From Octopus vulgaris (Eukaryota), in NCBI GenBank assembly GCA_951406725.2, contig OX597833.1:53134001-53198000 (forward strand): a DNA stretch of 64,000 bases, given 5' to 3'. Under the pieces are notes generated by a model. The model did no database searches. It was given only the letters and a program-made list of their open reading frames with translations, and was not told the DNA's origin. Numbering within the stretch: position 1 is the stretch's first letter; the number at the start of each line of letters is the position of its first letter. The translations under genes and the position numbers were made by a program. This document shows, in pieces, positions 27,300-40,617 of this stretch.

Positions 27300-28369
27300 A
27301 AATTTATATGTTGAAGTGAATCTAACGGTTTTTGTGTGTTTTAGGTGGTTTATAAACATCATCCAAGCTGCAATTGTTTTGTTTCAGCACACTATCTCAG
27401 ATCAGGTCACTTGCTACGCAAGCACATCTCTGTAATAAATATTTAACGATTACATAATATGTAGAATGGACAAAATTCTAACATTAGAACGGTACCAACA
27501 TTCTTGAACGATTTTTTTTAGTTAAACTGCTATGGAAATAAGATTAACTGATACAGTTGTTAACTGATCAATCAACAGGGAAGATTTTATGTGGTCGTTT
27601 GACTTGTTAGAAATGTTAACCAAAGCTACCTTACATTATAACTTAAACCACCTGAGAAGAATGAAAGACGCTTTATGTAATATAGACCGTGATGCACTAT
27701 GTCTGATTGAAAGATTTGATGACCATGACTGGAAAGCTTTTGATCATACGAATACTTGATAAGAATTGATCACTGGTTAAACGGTAACAAAATCAATAAT
27801 CCAGCTTTTAGAAAAATGACTGTTCATACGAACATGAAACGAAGAGTAGCTTCCCACATCAATGGCAATGTTAACTGCCACAACCGCCATAGTGCTGAGA
27901 TGGACGCTACAAGACGTCTTGCAACGCTGAAATGACTCAACGTGAGATGCCTGCCTGTTGGTGGTTCCAGAGAATCGTAATATTCTTCTTAAGGAAGCAC
28001 TACAAACTGACGAATGTTCCCGTGCAGTGTTACTAGATTTCCTTATCATTTACCAACTACGATGGTTAAATATTTCAATTGTTAATGATTAAGGTGTCTC
28101 GTAGCCATTTTCAAGTCAAACTTGTACACACGCACACACACATATACGTGTGCGTGTATGTGACTGTGTGTGTGTGTTTATGCATATACACATACACGTA
28201 TACATAAATACATACATAATTATATATGAAAACACACATACCTATGTATGATGATGATGATGATGATGATAGCTGTCCACTTCTCTCCGAGAAGAGCCAA
28301 CACTCACTGCTAAAAGACTTGCATTATATGTGTACACACACATATATAATATATATATATATGTATATG

Positions 28370-28488
<119 letters not shown>

Positions 28489-29076
28489 TTCAACTACGGT
28501 AGTACTTGAATGATATTCTTAAGGCCGCAATTTACTTATACGCAGCCTCTTTCAGAGCTTGTCACTAATTCCAAATGGAAAATAGTTAACATTTTTGAAG
28601 AGGACTGGTCCCTATCTATATTTTGGCGTAAAAAATTGAGATTTGGTCCAGTAGAAAAACGTTTACATCAAAATTTGTAGCTTCATTATAGGACAATAAG
28701 TAACGCCTCCAATCAAGTTTAGATCTAAATAATTTTTCATTTTAATAGCAAATATATATTTATTTTAGCTTTTATGATAGAAGAAAGCATGAAAAATTTC
28801 ATAGTTTTGGTCCCATGCAATAAGACTTCGTATCAAAAAAGTTGTGGGGTAAAATATCATGAAAAAATATATATATATAAGAAAGGCAAAAAATTGGATT
28901 TAAGTATAATTAACTTTTTTGTTTTAAAAACAAACTCTAAGTTAATTAAGCTTAAATTAAGCTTAAATTCGAGGAATTTCATGGTATCAATCTCATACAA
29001 TGAAGTTTTAAGAGAAAAAAGTTATGAGTGTTTGTTTCTCAAATTTGGGGGTGATAATATATATTCACATATATAA

Positions 29077-29211
<135 letters not shown>

Positions 29212-29219
29212 CACATATA

Positions 29220-29387
29220 TGCGACGGGTCCCTTTCAGTTTCCGTCTACCAAATCCACTCACAAGATTTGGTCGGTCCCGATACTATAATAGAGTACACT
29301 CGTCCAAAGTGCAAGGCAGTGGGACTGAACCCAGAACCATGCGGTTGGGAAGCAAGCTCCTTACCACAGAGCGATGTCTGCGCCTAT
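29220..29387 (-). mobile_element. SINE family A, 5' half
   Basis: tttcagtttccgtctaccaaatccactcacaag..cagtgggactgaaccc. Confidence 0.8.
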
Positions 29388-29587
29388 AGTATATTAGATT
29401 TTAGTGATGAATTCTCTGGAGTGTTGGTCGGAAATAAACAAGAGCAACGTTGAATCTCTTTTAATCTTTGTTGTTTATCGCGTCGAGGAGACATCATGGT
29501 GCAAATGTGTGAGTGTTCAGGTCTTTTTTTTTTTTTCTGCTTTCTGCTTGTTTAATGTGCGGTATACACACCCGCACGCATGCACAT

Positions 29588-29639
<52 letters not shown>

Positions 29640-29662
<23 letters not shown>

Positions 29663-29692
29663 GAGAGAGAGAGACTTATATATATATATGTT

Positions 29693-29732
<40 letters not shown>

Positions 29733-29749
29733 TAAACATATATATATAA

Positions 29750-29805
<56 letters not shown>

Positions 29806-29892
29806 TTATATATATATATGTTTATGTGTGTGTATATATATATATATATATATACACACATAAACATATATATATATAAGTCTCTCTCTCTC

Positions 29893-29925
<33 letters not shown>
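29640..29925. repeat. Nested palindrome of microsatellite DNA
   Basis: gagagagagacttatata..gtttatgtgtg is mirrored by cacacataaac..tataagtctctctctc. The inner arms are themselves palindromic. Confidence 0.8.
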
Positions 29926-29964
<39 letters not shown>

Positions 29965-30046
29965 TATATATATATATACCGTTATACAGTATATAAATAT
30001 GCATGTAAATATGCATGAATGTTGGCATATGTGTGTGTATGTGTAA

Positions 30047-30080
<34 letters not shown>

Positions 30081-30153
30081 GGATGTATGCGTATGTATTT
30101 ATGTATGTGTGTATGCATGTAATTGTCGCTTACAGTTTAAGCAAGCAAACAAA

Positions 30154-30200
<47 letters not shown>

Positions 30201-30254
30201 ATATGGTGGTTGTCTCTTGTTGCAGTTGTAAATATATTGATGCTGCACGGCATA

Positions 30255-30482
30255 CAGCGGCGGTGACGGCGGCGACGACGGCGCCAGGGGTGGTGATGAT
30301 GGTGGCGGCTGTGGAGAATGTGGTGGTGGTGGTGGTGGTGGTGGTGGTGGTAGTGGCGATGGTTGTCGTCGTCGTGGCTGGAGGTGAGTTGGAGAGTGGG
30401 AAACTGTGGAAGGATTTAAAAGGGAAATGACGACGACTGTGATGATGACGTTGATGATGACTATGCCGACGACGACGACAAC

Positions 30483-30524
<42 letters not shown>

Positions 30525-30547
30525 AGTGATGATAGTGATGATGATGT

Positions 30548-30610
<63 letters not shown>

Positions 30611-30800
30611 GGATGATGATGATGGTGATGATGATGATGATGATGATGAGGATGATGATGATGATGATGATGATGGTGATAATAGTGATGATGGTGATAA
30701 TAGTGATGATGATGATGTTGATAGTGATGATGATGATAATGATGATGATGATGATAATGATGATGATGGTGGTGATGATGATGGTGATGGTGGTGGCAGT
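30255..30800. repeat. (GGT)n / (GAT)n trinucleotide tract
   Basis: Directly visible. Confidence 0.95.
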
Positions 30801-31192
30801 AAGGTTTGAATGATACTTTTATTGCAGTTGTTTCTGTGTTTCCCTATTTTCTCGTTTTGAATCCCTTTTCTACCATTAGTTAACGCCCCCCCCCCCAAAA
30901 AAAAAGAAACGAAACCTTAATATTTAATGCTGGGTGGTGGCGGTAACCATGTCTCGGATGAAGGGGTCGTCGTGGTGGATGAGAGTGGTCGTATGTCGGG
31001 TGGGGGTAAAGGTGAGTGGTGGTGGTATGCTGGGTTCAAAGGAGAGAGGTATGATGGTATGTTGTGAGCGAGAGGAGGGAGGGTATTTGTCTTACCTTCT
31101 TTTTTGCCCTTTTTTGCACTACCAAATCTTGAAGCTATTTATCTTACTCTGGCCCACAGCACGCTATCACCTCTCTCTGCTTGTGCAACTGA

Positions 31193-31680
31193 TACTATAA
31201 CGGCCTCTGCTCCTCGGAACTGACTGATCCCGTGCCTCCTCCATTCAGGCACACTTTTCTCGCCTCTTCCCCCTCCTCTTCTTCTTCATCTTCTTTCGAC
31301 AACCGCTGATGGTTTGTTTACGTCTACATAACATAATCAATTCGGCAAATGAAACAGATAAAATAAACACCAGACTTTAAAAAAGAATCACAAGTACTAT
31401 AATGGCCTCTGCTCCTCGGAACTGACTGATTCCGTGCCTCCTCCATTCCGACACGCTTTTCTCTCCTCTTCTTCTTCTTCATCTTCTTTCGACAACCGCT
31501 GATGGTTTGTTCACGTCTACATTACATAATCAATTCGGCAAATGAAACAGATAAAATAAGCATCAGACTTTAAAAAAGAAATCATAAGTACTAAGGTTGA
31601 TTTGTTCGAATATAACCTTCTAAGGCGGTGCTCCAGCATGGCTGCAATCCAATGACTAGCATGTGTAAAAGATGCAAGAG
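31193..31680 (+). repeat. ~202-bp tandem duplication including a SINE A 3' fragment
   Basis: tactataa.ggcctctgctcctcggaactgactgat starts at 31193 and again at 31395. Confidence 0.8.
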
Positions 31681-31812
31681 CTAGACAGTGATGTTGCATT
31701 TAATTCATGATGCAAGATCGAACACGAGTAATTCGTGCCGAAAGTGAAAGTAGAACTGTCAAATGATAATATTTCCTCCCGTAAATAAAATAAAATTAAA
31801 AAAATTATCTAA

Positions 31813-31884
31813 TGCGTCAGCCGGGGATCGAACCCGGACCGGCTGCTTGGGAGGCAACCATGCTAACCATTACACCACTGACAC
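31813..31884 (-). tRNA. tRNA-Gly (CCC)
   Basis: GTGTCAGTGGTGTAATGGTTAGCATGGTTGCCTCCCAAGCAGCCGGTCCGGGTTCGATCCCCGGCTGACGCA. 7-bp acceptor stem, anticodon stem GTTGC/GCAGC with loop CTCCCAA, T-arm CCGGG-TTCGATC-CCCGG, oligo-T terminator just downstream. Confidence 0.92.
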
Positions 31885-32029
31885 CTTACGAAATTTGGGG
31901 AATGTAATGCCAAGTTTATTTCTTTGGACGGTTCGATTTTTGTTATTGTTATTGTTACCGTTATTATTACCGATCAATTTTTACCGAACACCGAACTGTT
32001 ACTTCAAAACATCATTAACGTTGCCGTAT

Positions 32030-32117
32030 CCGTAGTCATCACTACACCACTACCACCACCAATACCACCACAACAAACACTACCACCGCCATCATCATCA
32101 TCATCATCATCATCGTT

Positions 32118-32155
<38 letters not shown>

Positions 32156-33139
32156 AACAAACGCTATCATCCTAAACCAAGTTGTTATAACCATTCTCAT
32201 CACCACCACCACTGCCATCATTTCTCTAATATTATATCACAATATCAAAATCATCGGTAGCAGCAGTAGCAGTCGTAGCAGCAGTAGCAGCCGTAGCAGC
32301 AGTAATACAGCTGCCGTCACTAACAACAATATTTACACCACCACCACCGCCACTACCACCATCAGCATCAACAACTCAATACCCTCCATCACCACCACCA
32401 CCACCACCACCACCACGAGCCTGAGAAGGAGCTTCTGGCTAGCAGCCCGAACAGCTAGAAATGGCAGCCAAGTTTTACTTTATAAATACGCTATACTCTT
32501 TAAAATGTCCGGACGGTCACAGCTGAGAATACTTTGGTCTGTAGGTAGGCTCAAGCAGGTCTGCTGACCTAGGGTTAAATGACTCCAAGACTACGATCAA
32601 CGAAACAAACATCAGACACCAAACACCGTCAGTGCCACCGCAATGATCTTCATCGATATCAACAATAATAACTCGATCGGTTCCATCATCAACGCCGTGA
32701 CCTTCTCTACTGATGTCAACAAAGCCTTTGACAACAACAACAACAACAACACGAATACTACCGGCACCGACAACTGCAATAACAATAACAACAACAATGT
32801 TGTCATCACGGCAAATGCCATTCGCTCCTATATATTAACGGTGCTACCAATATCAACAACAGCAACTCAGACAGACAGACATTCAGATAGAGAGACAAAC
32901 AGACTGATAGACAGTCAGATAGAGAGACTAACAGACAGAGAGACAGACAGATAGAGAGACAAACAGACAGATAGACAGACAGTCAGATAGAGAGACAAAC
33001 AGAGAGACAGATAGACAGACTGACAGACAGACAGTCAGATAGAGAGACAGACAAATATACAAAGAGAAAGACAGATAGTCAGATAGAAAGACAAATAGAC
33101 AGATAGACAGATAGACAGACTGAATGACAGATAGACAGT

Positions 33140-33181
<42 letters not shown>

Positions 33182-33736
33182 AATAGTCAGAGAGACAGAC
33201 AGACAGACAGATAGACTGACTGACAGAGACAGATAGACAGTCTGTTAGACCAACAGACAGACAACAATAACAAAAACACCATGAGATTGTCCATCACCAT
33301 CGGTAACCACCACAACAATAACAACAACCACACTAACACTACCACCACCACCACTACCACCACTACCACCTCCACCAACGACAACGACAGCGCAAACAAC
33401 TATAATAGTAACAACATCAACAACAACAATAACCACAACACCGCAAACAACTACAACAATAACAACAACACTAACAACGACACCAAGAACAACAACACTA
33501 ACAACGTCGACGACAACAATAACACCACAAAACAACAACAATACCGCAACCGAATACAATAGCAACAATAACGACAACAACAATAACAGCGCCAACATAG
33601 GCAGCACAAACACCAACAATAACAACAACAATAATAGTCTTGTTCATCATCATCATTGCCATCAATATCACCAACATCATCAGTAGTTTCGCCGCCACCA
33701 CCACAACCACCACCACCAACAACACCATCATCATCA

Positions 33737-33767
<31 letters not shown>

Positions 33768-34900
33768 CATCGTCATCGTCATCATCATCATCGTCGTCGT
33801 CGTCGTCGTCGTCGTCATCATCATCATCATCACCAGCAACAACAACCACTATAACATCCAATTTGCAACGGGCTCGTCCGATTTGCAAGAAATAGCAGCT
33901 AAATTAACCCTTCCGCTAGTACTACAACTACAACATAACTACTTCTACTACTGCTACCCGACGTCAACTTTTAACGAATACCACATGAGATCTTGTAGTG
34001 CTGCTACAACTGCTATTACTACTACTACTACCACCGCAATCACCACCACCACAACCACAACCACCATCACCACAACCACAACCACCACCATCACCACTAA
34101 AACATCACCACAACAACCACCACCACAACCACCACCGCAATCACCACCACAACCACCACCACCGCAATCACCACCATCACAACAACCACCACCGCAACCA
34201 CCACCGCAATCACCACCAATCACAACAACCACCACCACAACCACCACCGCAATCACCACCACAACCACCTCCACCGCAATCACCACCATCACAACAACCA
34301 CCACCACCACCACAACCACAACCACCACAACCACAACCACCACCGCCACAACCACCACCACCGCAATCACCACCATCACGACAACCACCACCACCACCAC
34401 AACCACAACCACCACAACCACAACCACCACCGCCACAACCACCACCACCACAACCACCACCACCACAACCACCACAACCACCACCACCACCACCACCATA
34501 ACCACCACCACCACCACAACCACCACCGCAATCACCACCACAACCACCTCCACCGCAATCACCACCATCACAACAACCACCACCACCACCACAACCACAA
34601 CCACCACAACCACAACCACCACCGCCACAACCACCACCAACACAACCACCACCACCACAACCACCACAAACACAACCACAACCACCACAACCATAACCAC
34701 CACCACCACAATCACCACCACCGCAATCACCACCACCACCATCATCATCACCAAGACCATCACCGCTACCACCATCACCTCCATCATCATCACCACCACC
34801 ACCATCATCAACAACACGATCAACCCCGTTACCATTATCACCACCAACACCACCACCACTACTATTACTACTACGCTCACTAATGCTAATACTAATACTA
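32030..34900. repeat. Large low-complexity block: (CAT)n, (CAA)n, (CAC)n, (GACA/GATA)n
   Basis: Directly visible; internal duplications within the (ACC/ACA) tract. Confidence 0.9.
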
Positions 34901-35077
34901 GCACCATTCTATTAGTCCAATCAATATTTCTCCATATTCATCGTATCGATTTTTTTTTCATATCCTAGGCATTAGTCAATTTATTTATCTAGTCATATTC
35001 TATACATTGGTTCTGTCTGTCTTTCCTTTATATCGATTTCTCCCTGACTAACAACTTAAGCACATGCAATCTTACAC

Positions 35078-35148
35078 ACATGGAGTACGCTCATGGAGCA
35101 TACACACATGGAGCATACACACATGGAGCATACACATACACATGGAGC
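35078..35148. repeat. Minisatellite, 15-bp unit catggagcatacaca
   Basis: About 4-5 imperfect copies. Confidence 0.8.
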
Positions 35149-35265
35149 AAACACATTCAATTGCTCGTTCGTACACACGTTCTCGCAGGCCGTTCTGTCT
35201 CATTTGCTTTTTCTCTTACTTTCTCATTCTCTCTCTCTCTCTCTTTTTCTCTCTCTCTCTCTTTC

Positions 35266-35314
<49 letters not shown>

Positions 35315-35384
35315 TTCACTCTCTCTCTCTTTCTCTCTCTCTCACACACACTGTTTTTATCTGTCTATCTATCTATCTATCTAG

Positions 35385-35416
<32 letters not shown>

Positions 35417-35519
35417 ATCTATCTGTCTATCTCTCTATCTCTCTATCTATCTATCTATCGCATTTGCTTTTTCTCTTCCTCTTTACTTACATATATATCT
35501 ACATCGATGGGTAGGTAGG

Positions 35520-35602
<83 letters not shown>

Positions 35603-35688
35603 TTAAGTACATAGGCAAGTAGAAAGATAGATTGATAGATAGATCGTTAAGTAGGTAAGTAATTAGATAGACAGACAGACAGACAGAC

Positions 35689-35765
<77 letters not shown>

Positions 35766-36248
35766 CGCATACACACACAAATATACATATATACACTCAT
35801 GCATACGTATATGAATACGAACATATACATATACCCATACATACACACACGCACACATCCATCCATAAATACATATATACATATATACATCCATCCATAC
35901 ATACATACATCCATCCATACATACATGCCATCGCGATTCCCCACATAAATGCAAGGCATGTAATGCGTACCTAAATTACATACATGAATGTCAATAATAC
36001 ATCAATTTTTTACACGAATCATTCCCTTTTATGAGAGCCAGCTGGAGAAAGAGGGTACACCCGTGCTAGATGTACCCAGCTTCAATTATACGACCTTGAT
36101 TTTTAAAAGCTATATAATCCTAAAAATCATATGCACCAGCTTAAGTACCAGGAGCTGCCCCAGTAATACATATATACGTAATACATACATACATACATAC
36201 ATACATACATACATACATACGTACATACATACATACATACATACATAC

Positions 36249-36441
36249 ATGTGACCGCGTGTGTACCGTTGGCGATTTTTTTTCCTCTATCTTCCCTTCT
36301 CTGGATCTTTCCTTCTCCTATGTTTCCGACGAAGAGCTCCGCTCGAAACGTTAAACCCTGCTTCCCTTCCTTCCTGAGCGTCCAATAATACTATATTTGT
36401 TCCACGTCCTCGCGTTGTTGTGTTTTCATGTTTGGATTAAC

Positions 36442-36443
<2 letters not shown>
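36249..36443 (+). mobile_element. Penelope-like pLTR fragment with hammerhead motif (36322-36356, U4C)
   Basis: GUUU CCGACGA A GAGC ucc GCUC GAAAC GUU AAAC. Highly similar to 44862-45069; flanked by (TACA)n on both sides. Confidence 0.7.
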
Positions 36444-36473
<30 letters not shown>

Positions 36474-36625
36474 CATACATACATACATACATACATACAT
36501 ACATACATACATACATACATACATACATGCATGTACATACATACATACATACATACATACATACATACATACATACATACATACATACATACATACATAC
36601 ATACATACATACATACATACATACA

Positions 36626-36654
<29 letters not shown>

Positions 36655-36656
<2 letters not shown>

Positions 36657-36960
36657 CTCTCTCCAGACTATGAATTCATATTCATACCAATAATAATTGG
36701 AGCACTAGGTTTTCTTAGTAAATACTTAAAGAAGTATCTGGATAACCTGGGATTTTCAGAAAGAGAAATCGACCAGCTAATTCGTACATTACAATTGCAA
36801 TCTGTGAGTGGAACAGTAAAAATATGCAAGACTTTTCTCAAGTTCCAAATGTGAATTTGTCTATGTTAACTACATCCCAAAGATGAAGCCTTGTATCTTT
36901 GTTGGAAACCGGCTCCCTCCTCAGTGGAAGATTTATAATAATTTTAAAGTAGAAGAGACA
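36655..36960 (+). mobile_element. 3' end of a restriction-like-endonuclease LINE (R4/Dong-like)
   Basis: FIPIIIGALGFLSKYLKKYLDNLG...LQLQSVSGTVKICKTFL* resembles the PIVIGALG...LQ..A..GT..I C-terminus of R4-clade elements. Short 3' UTR ending in CATA repeats. Confidence 0.7.
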
Positions 36961-36999
36961 CACATACATACATACGCCGCCGCCACCACCACTACCAGA

Positions 37000-37144
37000 T
37001 AAGATCGACCCTAGTACGCAACTGATGCTTAATTTATTGACCCCTAAAGGATGAAAGGCAAAGTCGACCTCAGAACGTAAAGACAGACGAAATATCACTA
37101 AGCATTTCGCCCGACGTGCTAAAGTTTCTGCCAGCTCGCCGCCT
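37000..37144 (-). mobile_element. SINE family B, partial
   Basis: aaaggatgaaaggcaaagtcgacctc..tctgccagctcgccgcc. Confidence 0.8.
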
Positions 37145-37210
37145 TACAAAGCTAACTATGTAATGTCACAAACAATCAGCAAATAATTTGTTAGTTAAAG
37201 TTATATACAA

Positions 37211-38631
37211 CAAGCAATATGACTCGGCGTTACCGGGTCATAGTGCTAGTGCATGCATATACAGCTGCGTGCGTGCGTGCGCACATACACGTGAGTACTG
37301 TCCAAATCTCCGTGAGTACTGTCCAAATCTCCGACCAATGGCTTTGTGGGGTGACTGGGGAAATGTAAAGATGTGCACGACCACCCTTGGACGGTTTTGA
37401 ATGACCATAGAAAGTGCGAGCCCTCTAACTGAAAAATTGTGGATTTGTATAAAGGACATGCACAGACATTTTGCCGTTTATATATCTCTTATTATAAAAG
37501 GCAGATTTTAGCTGCCTCCCTTTGGGAGTTATACAAATCTACAATATAGGATTTCTTCAATTACAATTTACCTGGCAATTTTAAGAGTACAATGCATCGC
37601 GTCATGCCAGGTCCAGTTTTTAAAATTTAAACTCCAATTAAGCAAAATTTACAGAAAACTCACATTCTGGTGTGTGTGTCAAATGCTTTTCTTAGTCTGG
37701 TTTACAGCACACGCAAACGCACACACACACAAAGGGAGCGAATTGTTTCACTGACGCTATCACCCTTCTCCACCTTTGTCTTTGCAAGTTTGCAGCTATT
37801 AAAGTGAAAACAGTGAATCCGACAGCGATAAAGAAAACGAATTGGTACCTGAATGGAGTGAAAATTTAAAAACTGTTTCTTTCGGTGAGTTTTCTGAAGA
37901 AACTGGACCAAGCCACAGACTTTCCCAGAAGAGTAAAGCCTTAGACTATTTCTATTTACTTTTTCGAATGAGCCTATTTGAAATCATTACGCTAAACGTA
38001 AACAAACCGAAAGAAAGGATAGTTTGTTATTTCCCACAATCTTAAATGAAATTAAGGCCTATTTTGCCATAAATATTATTATGGGTATCAGAAAGTTACC
38101 CAGAATAACAAATTCTATCGTAAAATGTTGTTGTATACCCAATTGAATATTAGCTAATAACCCATTTTCTATAGCGATGTTTGAACAAAATTTTAATAAT
38201 TTTACAGAAAGTTACCCAGAATAACAAATTCTATCGTAAAATTTTGTTGTATACCCAATTGAATATTAGCTAATAACCCATTTTCTATAGCGATGTTTGA
38301 ACAAAATTTTAATAATTTTACAGAAAGTTACCCAGAATAACAAACGAGCCCTTCTGGGTATTAGCGCGCGTCTACGATGAGTCTACGATTTAAAAAAAAT
38401 TACCATCATATTTTTCCATTTTAATGCATTTTTTTCGCTTTTATATAAGGGAAGTAACTCTCTAAAAATATCTACGATGTGTCAACGATTTAAAGAAAAA
38501 TTTACCTTAATTTTTTTTCAATTTTTAATGCATTTTTTTGCTACTTTTTGGCTATAACTCTCTAAAAATGCTTATATAGTTATTTCCCTTACAAACCCGA
38601 GCAACGCCGGGCGATACTGCTAGTATAGAGA
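37211..38631 (-). mobile_element. Older Helitron interrupted near its 5' end
   Basis: Decayed 3' end caagcaatatgactcggcgttaccgggt. Rejoining the flanks of the inner element gives gccgtttatata|tatagagat, like the terminus at 57181-57201. Confidence 0.55.
37485..38623 (+). mobile_element. Non-autonomous Helitron with internal 116-bp tandem repeat
   Basis: A|TCTCTTATTATAAAAG ... CCCGAGCAACGCCGGGCGATACTGCTAG|T. gaaagttacccagaataacaaa occurs at 38091, 38207 and 38323. Confidence 0.88.
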
Positions 38632-38975
38632 TATAAACAAAATAATAAAAAAAATCTCTTGTTAGATTCATTAGTCCGGGTTAGCTTCGGTCGAGGAGAC
38701 ACAATAAGGTCGATACACTGGGTATCCCAGGGACCCCTGACCCGAACGAATGGAGTGTGTTATGAGTATACATTTGTCACGAAGGAGAAGTTGTTCCCCA
38801 ATCACAAAATACAACAGCGGTCAGCATATTCACGTTCGAATATGTCGGAACGTATTAGAAATGAAAACGCATGTCATCATTTTGTAGGTTATTGATTAGG
38901 CAGTTTCGATACAAAATGTGGGAACTATATCCAGGATGTTGAATGTACCTTTTCTTTTTAATACAGTATATATCT

Positions 38976-39376
38976 AGGCGCAGGAGTGGCTGTGTGGTAA
39001 GTAGGTTGCTTACCAACCACATGGTTCCGGGTTCAGTCCCACTACGTGGCACCTTGGGCAAGTGTCTTCTACTATAGCCTCGGGCCGACCAAAGCCTTGT
39101 GAGTGGATTTGGTTGACGGAAACTGAAAGAAGCCCGTCGTATATATGTATATATATATATGTATGTGCGTGTATGTTTGTGTGTCTGTGTTTGTCCCCCT
39201 AGCATTGCTTGACAACCGATGCTGGTGTATTTATGTCCCCGTCACTTAGCGTTCGACAAAAGAGACCGATAGAATAAGTACTGGGCTTACAAAGAATAAG
39301 TCCCGGGGTCGAGTTGCTCGATTAAAGGCGGTGCTCCAGCATGGCCGCAGTCAAATGACTGAAATAAAAGAGTATA
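38976..39376 (+). mobile_element. SINE family A, full length
   Basis: ggcgcaggagtggctgtgtggtaag ... gcagtcaaatgactgaaataaaagagta. Confidence 0.9.
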
Positions 39377-39432
39377 AATTAGAGGGTATTTGAAAGAAAA
39401 TGAGAAAAAATACTGAATTATATAATCTAGTT

Positions 39433-39641
39433 CAGGGGTCGGGAAACTTTTTTCTCCAGTTACCCCAATATATATATATTTACGCCGACGTTACCCCTTT
39501 GATTCGAATGGAAGAAAATCATGGATGATAGAAAACACGTTTTTTGTATAATTTTACTTATGTCTAATGAAACCTCATTATCACCAAGAATTTCATTCTT
39601 AATCCACTTGGAGTAATCTACATGGGTTTGCCGATCCCCTG
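39433..39641. mobile_element. hAT-type MITE
   Basis: TIRs caggggtcgggaaac ... gtttgccgatcccctg. 8-bp flanks atctagtt / atctaaaa (partial TSD). Confidence 0.7.
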
Positions 39642-40291
39642 ATCTAAAATAAACCGTTTCCGAAGATACAGGAGAATAATCTTGATTCAGGTCGACCTGA
39701 AGCTGTTATGTTTCTTCAGTTTTAGGCTTTTGGACACATAAAACTGGTCACCTGACTTCATTGCACAAAAAATAAATCGTTTCTGAAAATACGAAGCAAC
39801 CATGACTGGAATACATCTGATTATAATAAATCTCCTAGGTCAGGCTGAACTGCGGTTAAATTACAATAGACGTATCCATAACAATGAAATCACAGACAAA
39901 TTGTATCATTTAAATATTTGAAAAACCAATCACATCAGCAGGGAAATTCTATACGAAGAAAATATTGGACTAAAATGATTTCAGAAAGGTTTTTCTGTTT
40001 TTTTTTAATTGAAAACGTTGTTTCAAAGAGAATAATCTTCCTTTGGCCTGCCGAAAATTGCATTACATACAATGAGTAGCAATCAACTCTGTTAATACTG
40101 AAAGAAGGTACTGAAGGCTACCCCTGTGACGACGTATAATAACTGATGGTGGTGGTGGTGGTGTTGTTGTCGATGTCCTTGGTGTCATTACTGTTTTTCT
40201 TTGTTTTAAGTATGTTATCACTTATTGCCACTAAACTGCTTCAGTTTGATTTTACGGACAAGATTTCTTTTATCAACATATATTTCTCATA

Positions 40292-40617
40292 TTCGATTCC
40301 CAGACCGGGCGTTGTGAGTGTTTATTGAGCAAAAATACCTAAAAGCTCCACGAGGCTCCGGCAGGGGATGGTGGTGATCCCTGCTGTACTCTTTCACCAC
40401 AACATTCTCTCACTCTTACTTCCTGTTTCTGTTGTACCTGTATTTCAAGGGGCCGGCCTTGTCACTCTCTGTGTCACGCTGAATATCCCCGAGAACTACG
40501 TTAAGGGTACACGTGTCTGTGGAGTGCTCAGCCACTTACACGTTAATTTCACGAGCAGGCTGTTCCGTTAATTCGGATCAACAGGAACCCTCGTCGTCGT
40601 AACCGACGGAGTGCTTC
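40292..40617 (+). mobile_element. SINE family C, 5'-truncated
   Basis: Near-identical reverse complement of 49967-50287. Confidence 0.9.

Noticed and set aside
28520-29056. AT-rich segment with the feel of a non-autonomous DNA transposon
   Set aside because: I could not identify matching termini or a second copy.
30406-30898. Poly-Met and poly-Ser ORFs
   Set aside because: (GAT)n microsatellite.
33640-34968. 442-aa Thr-rich ORF suggesting a mucin
   Set aside because: It is a translated (ACC/ACA/ATC)n tract that is open in several frames and on both strands, with no signal peptide, domain or clear splice context.
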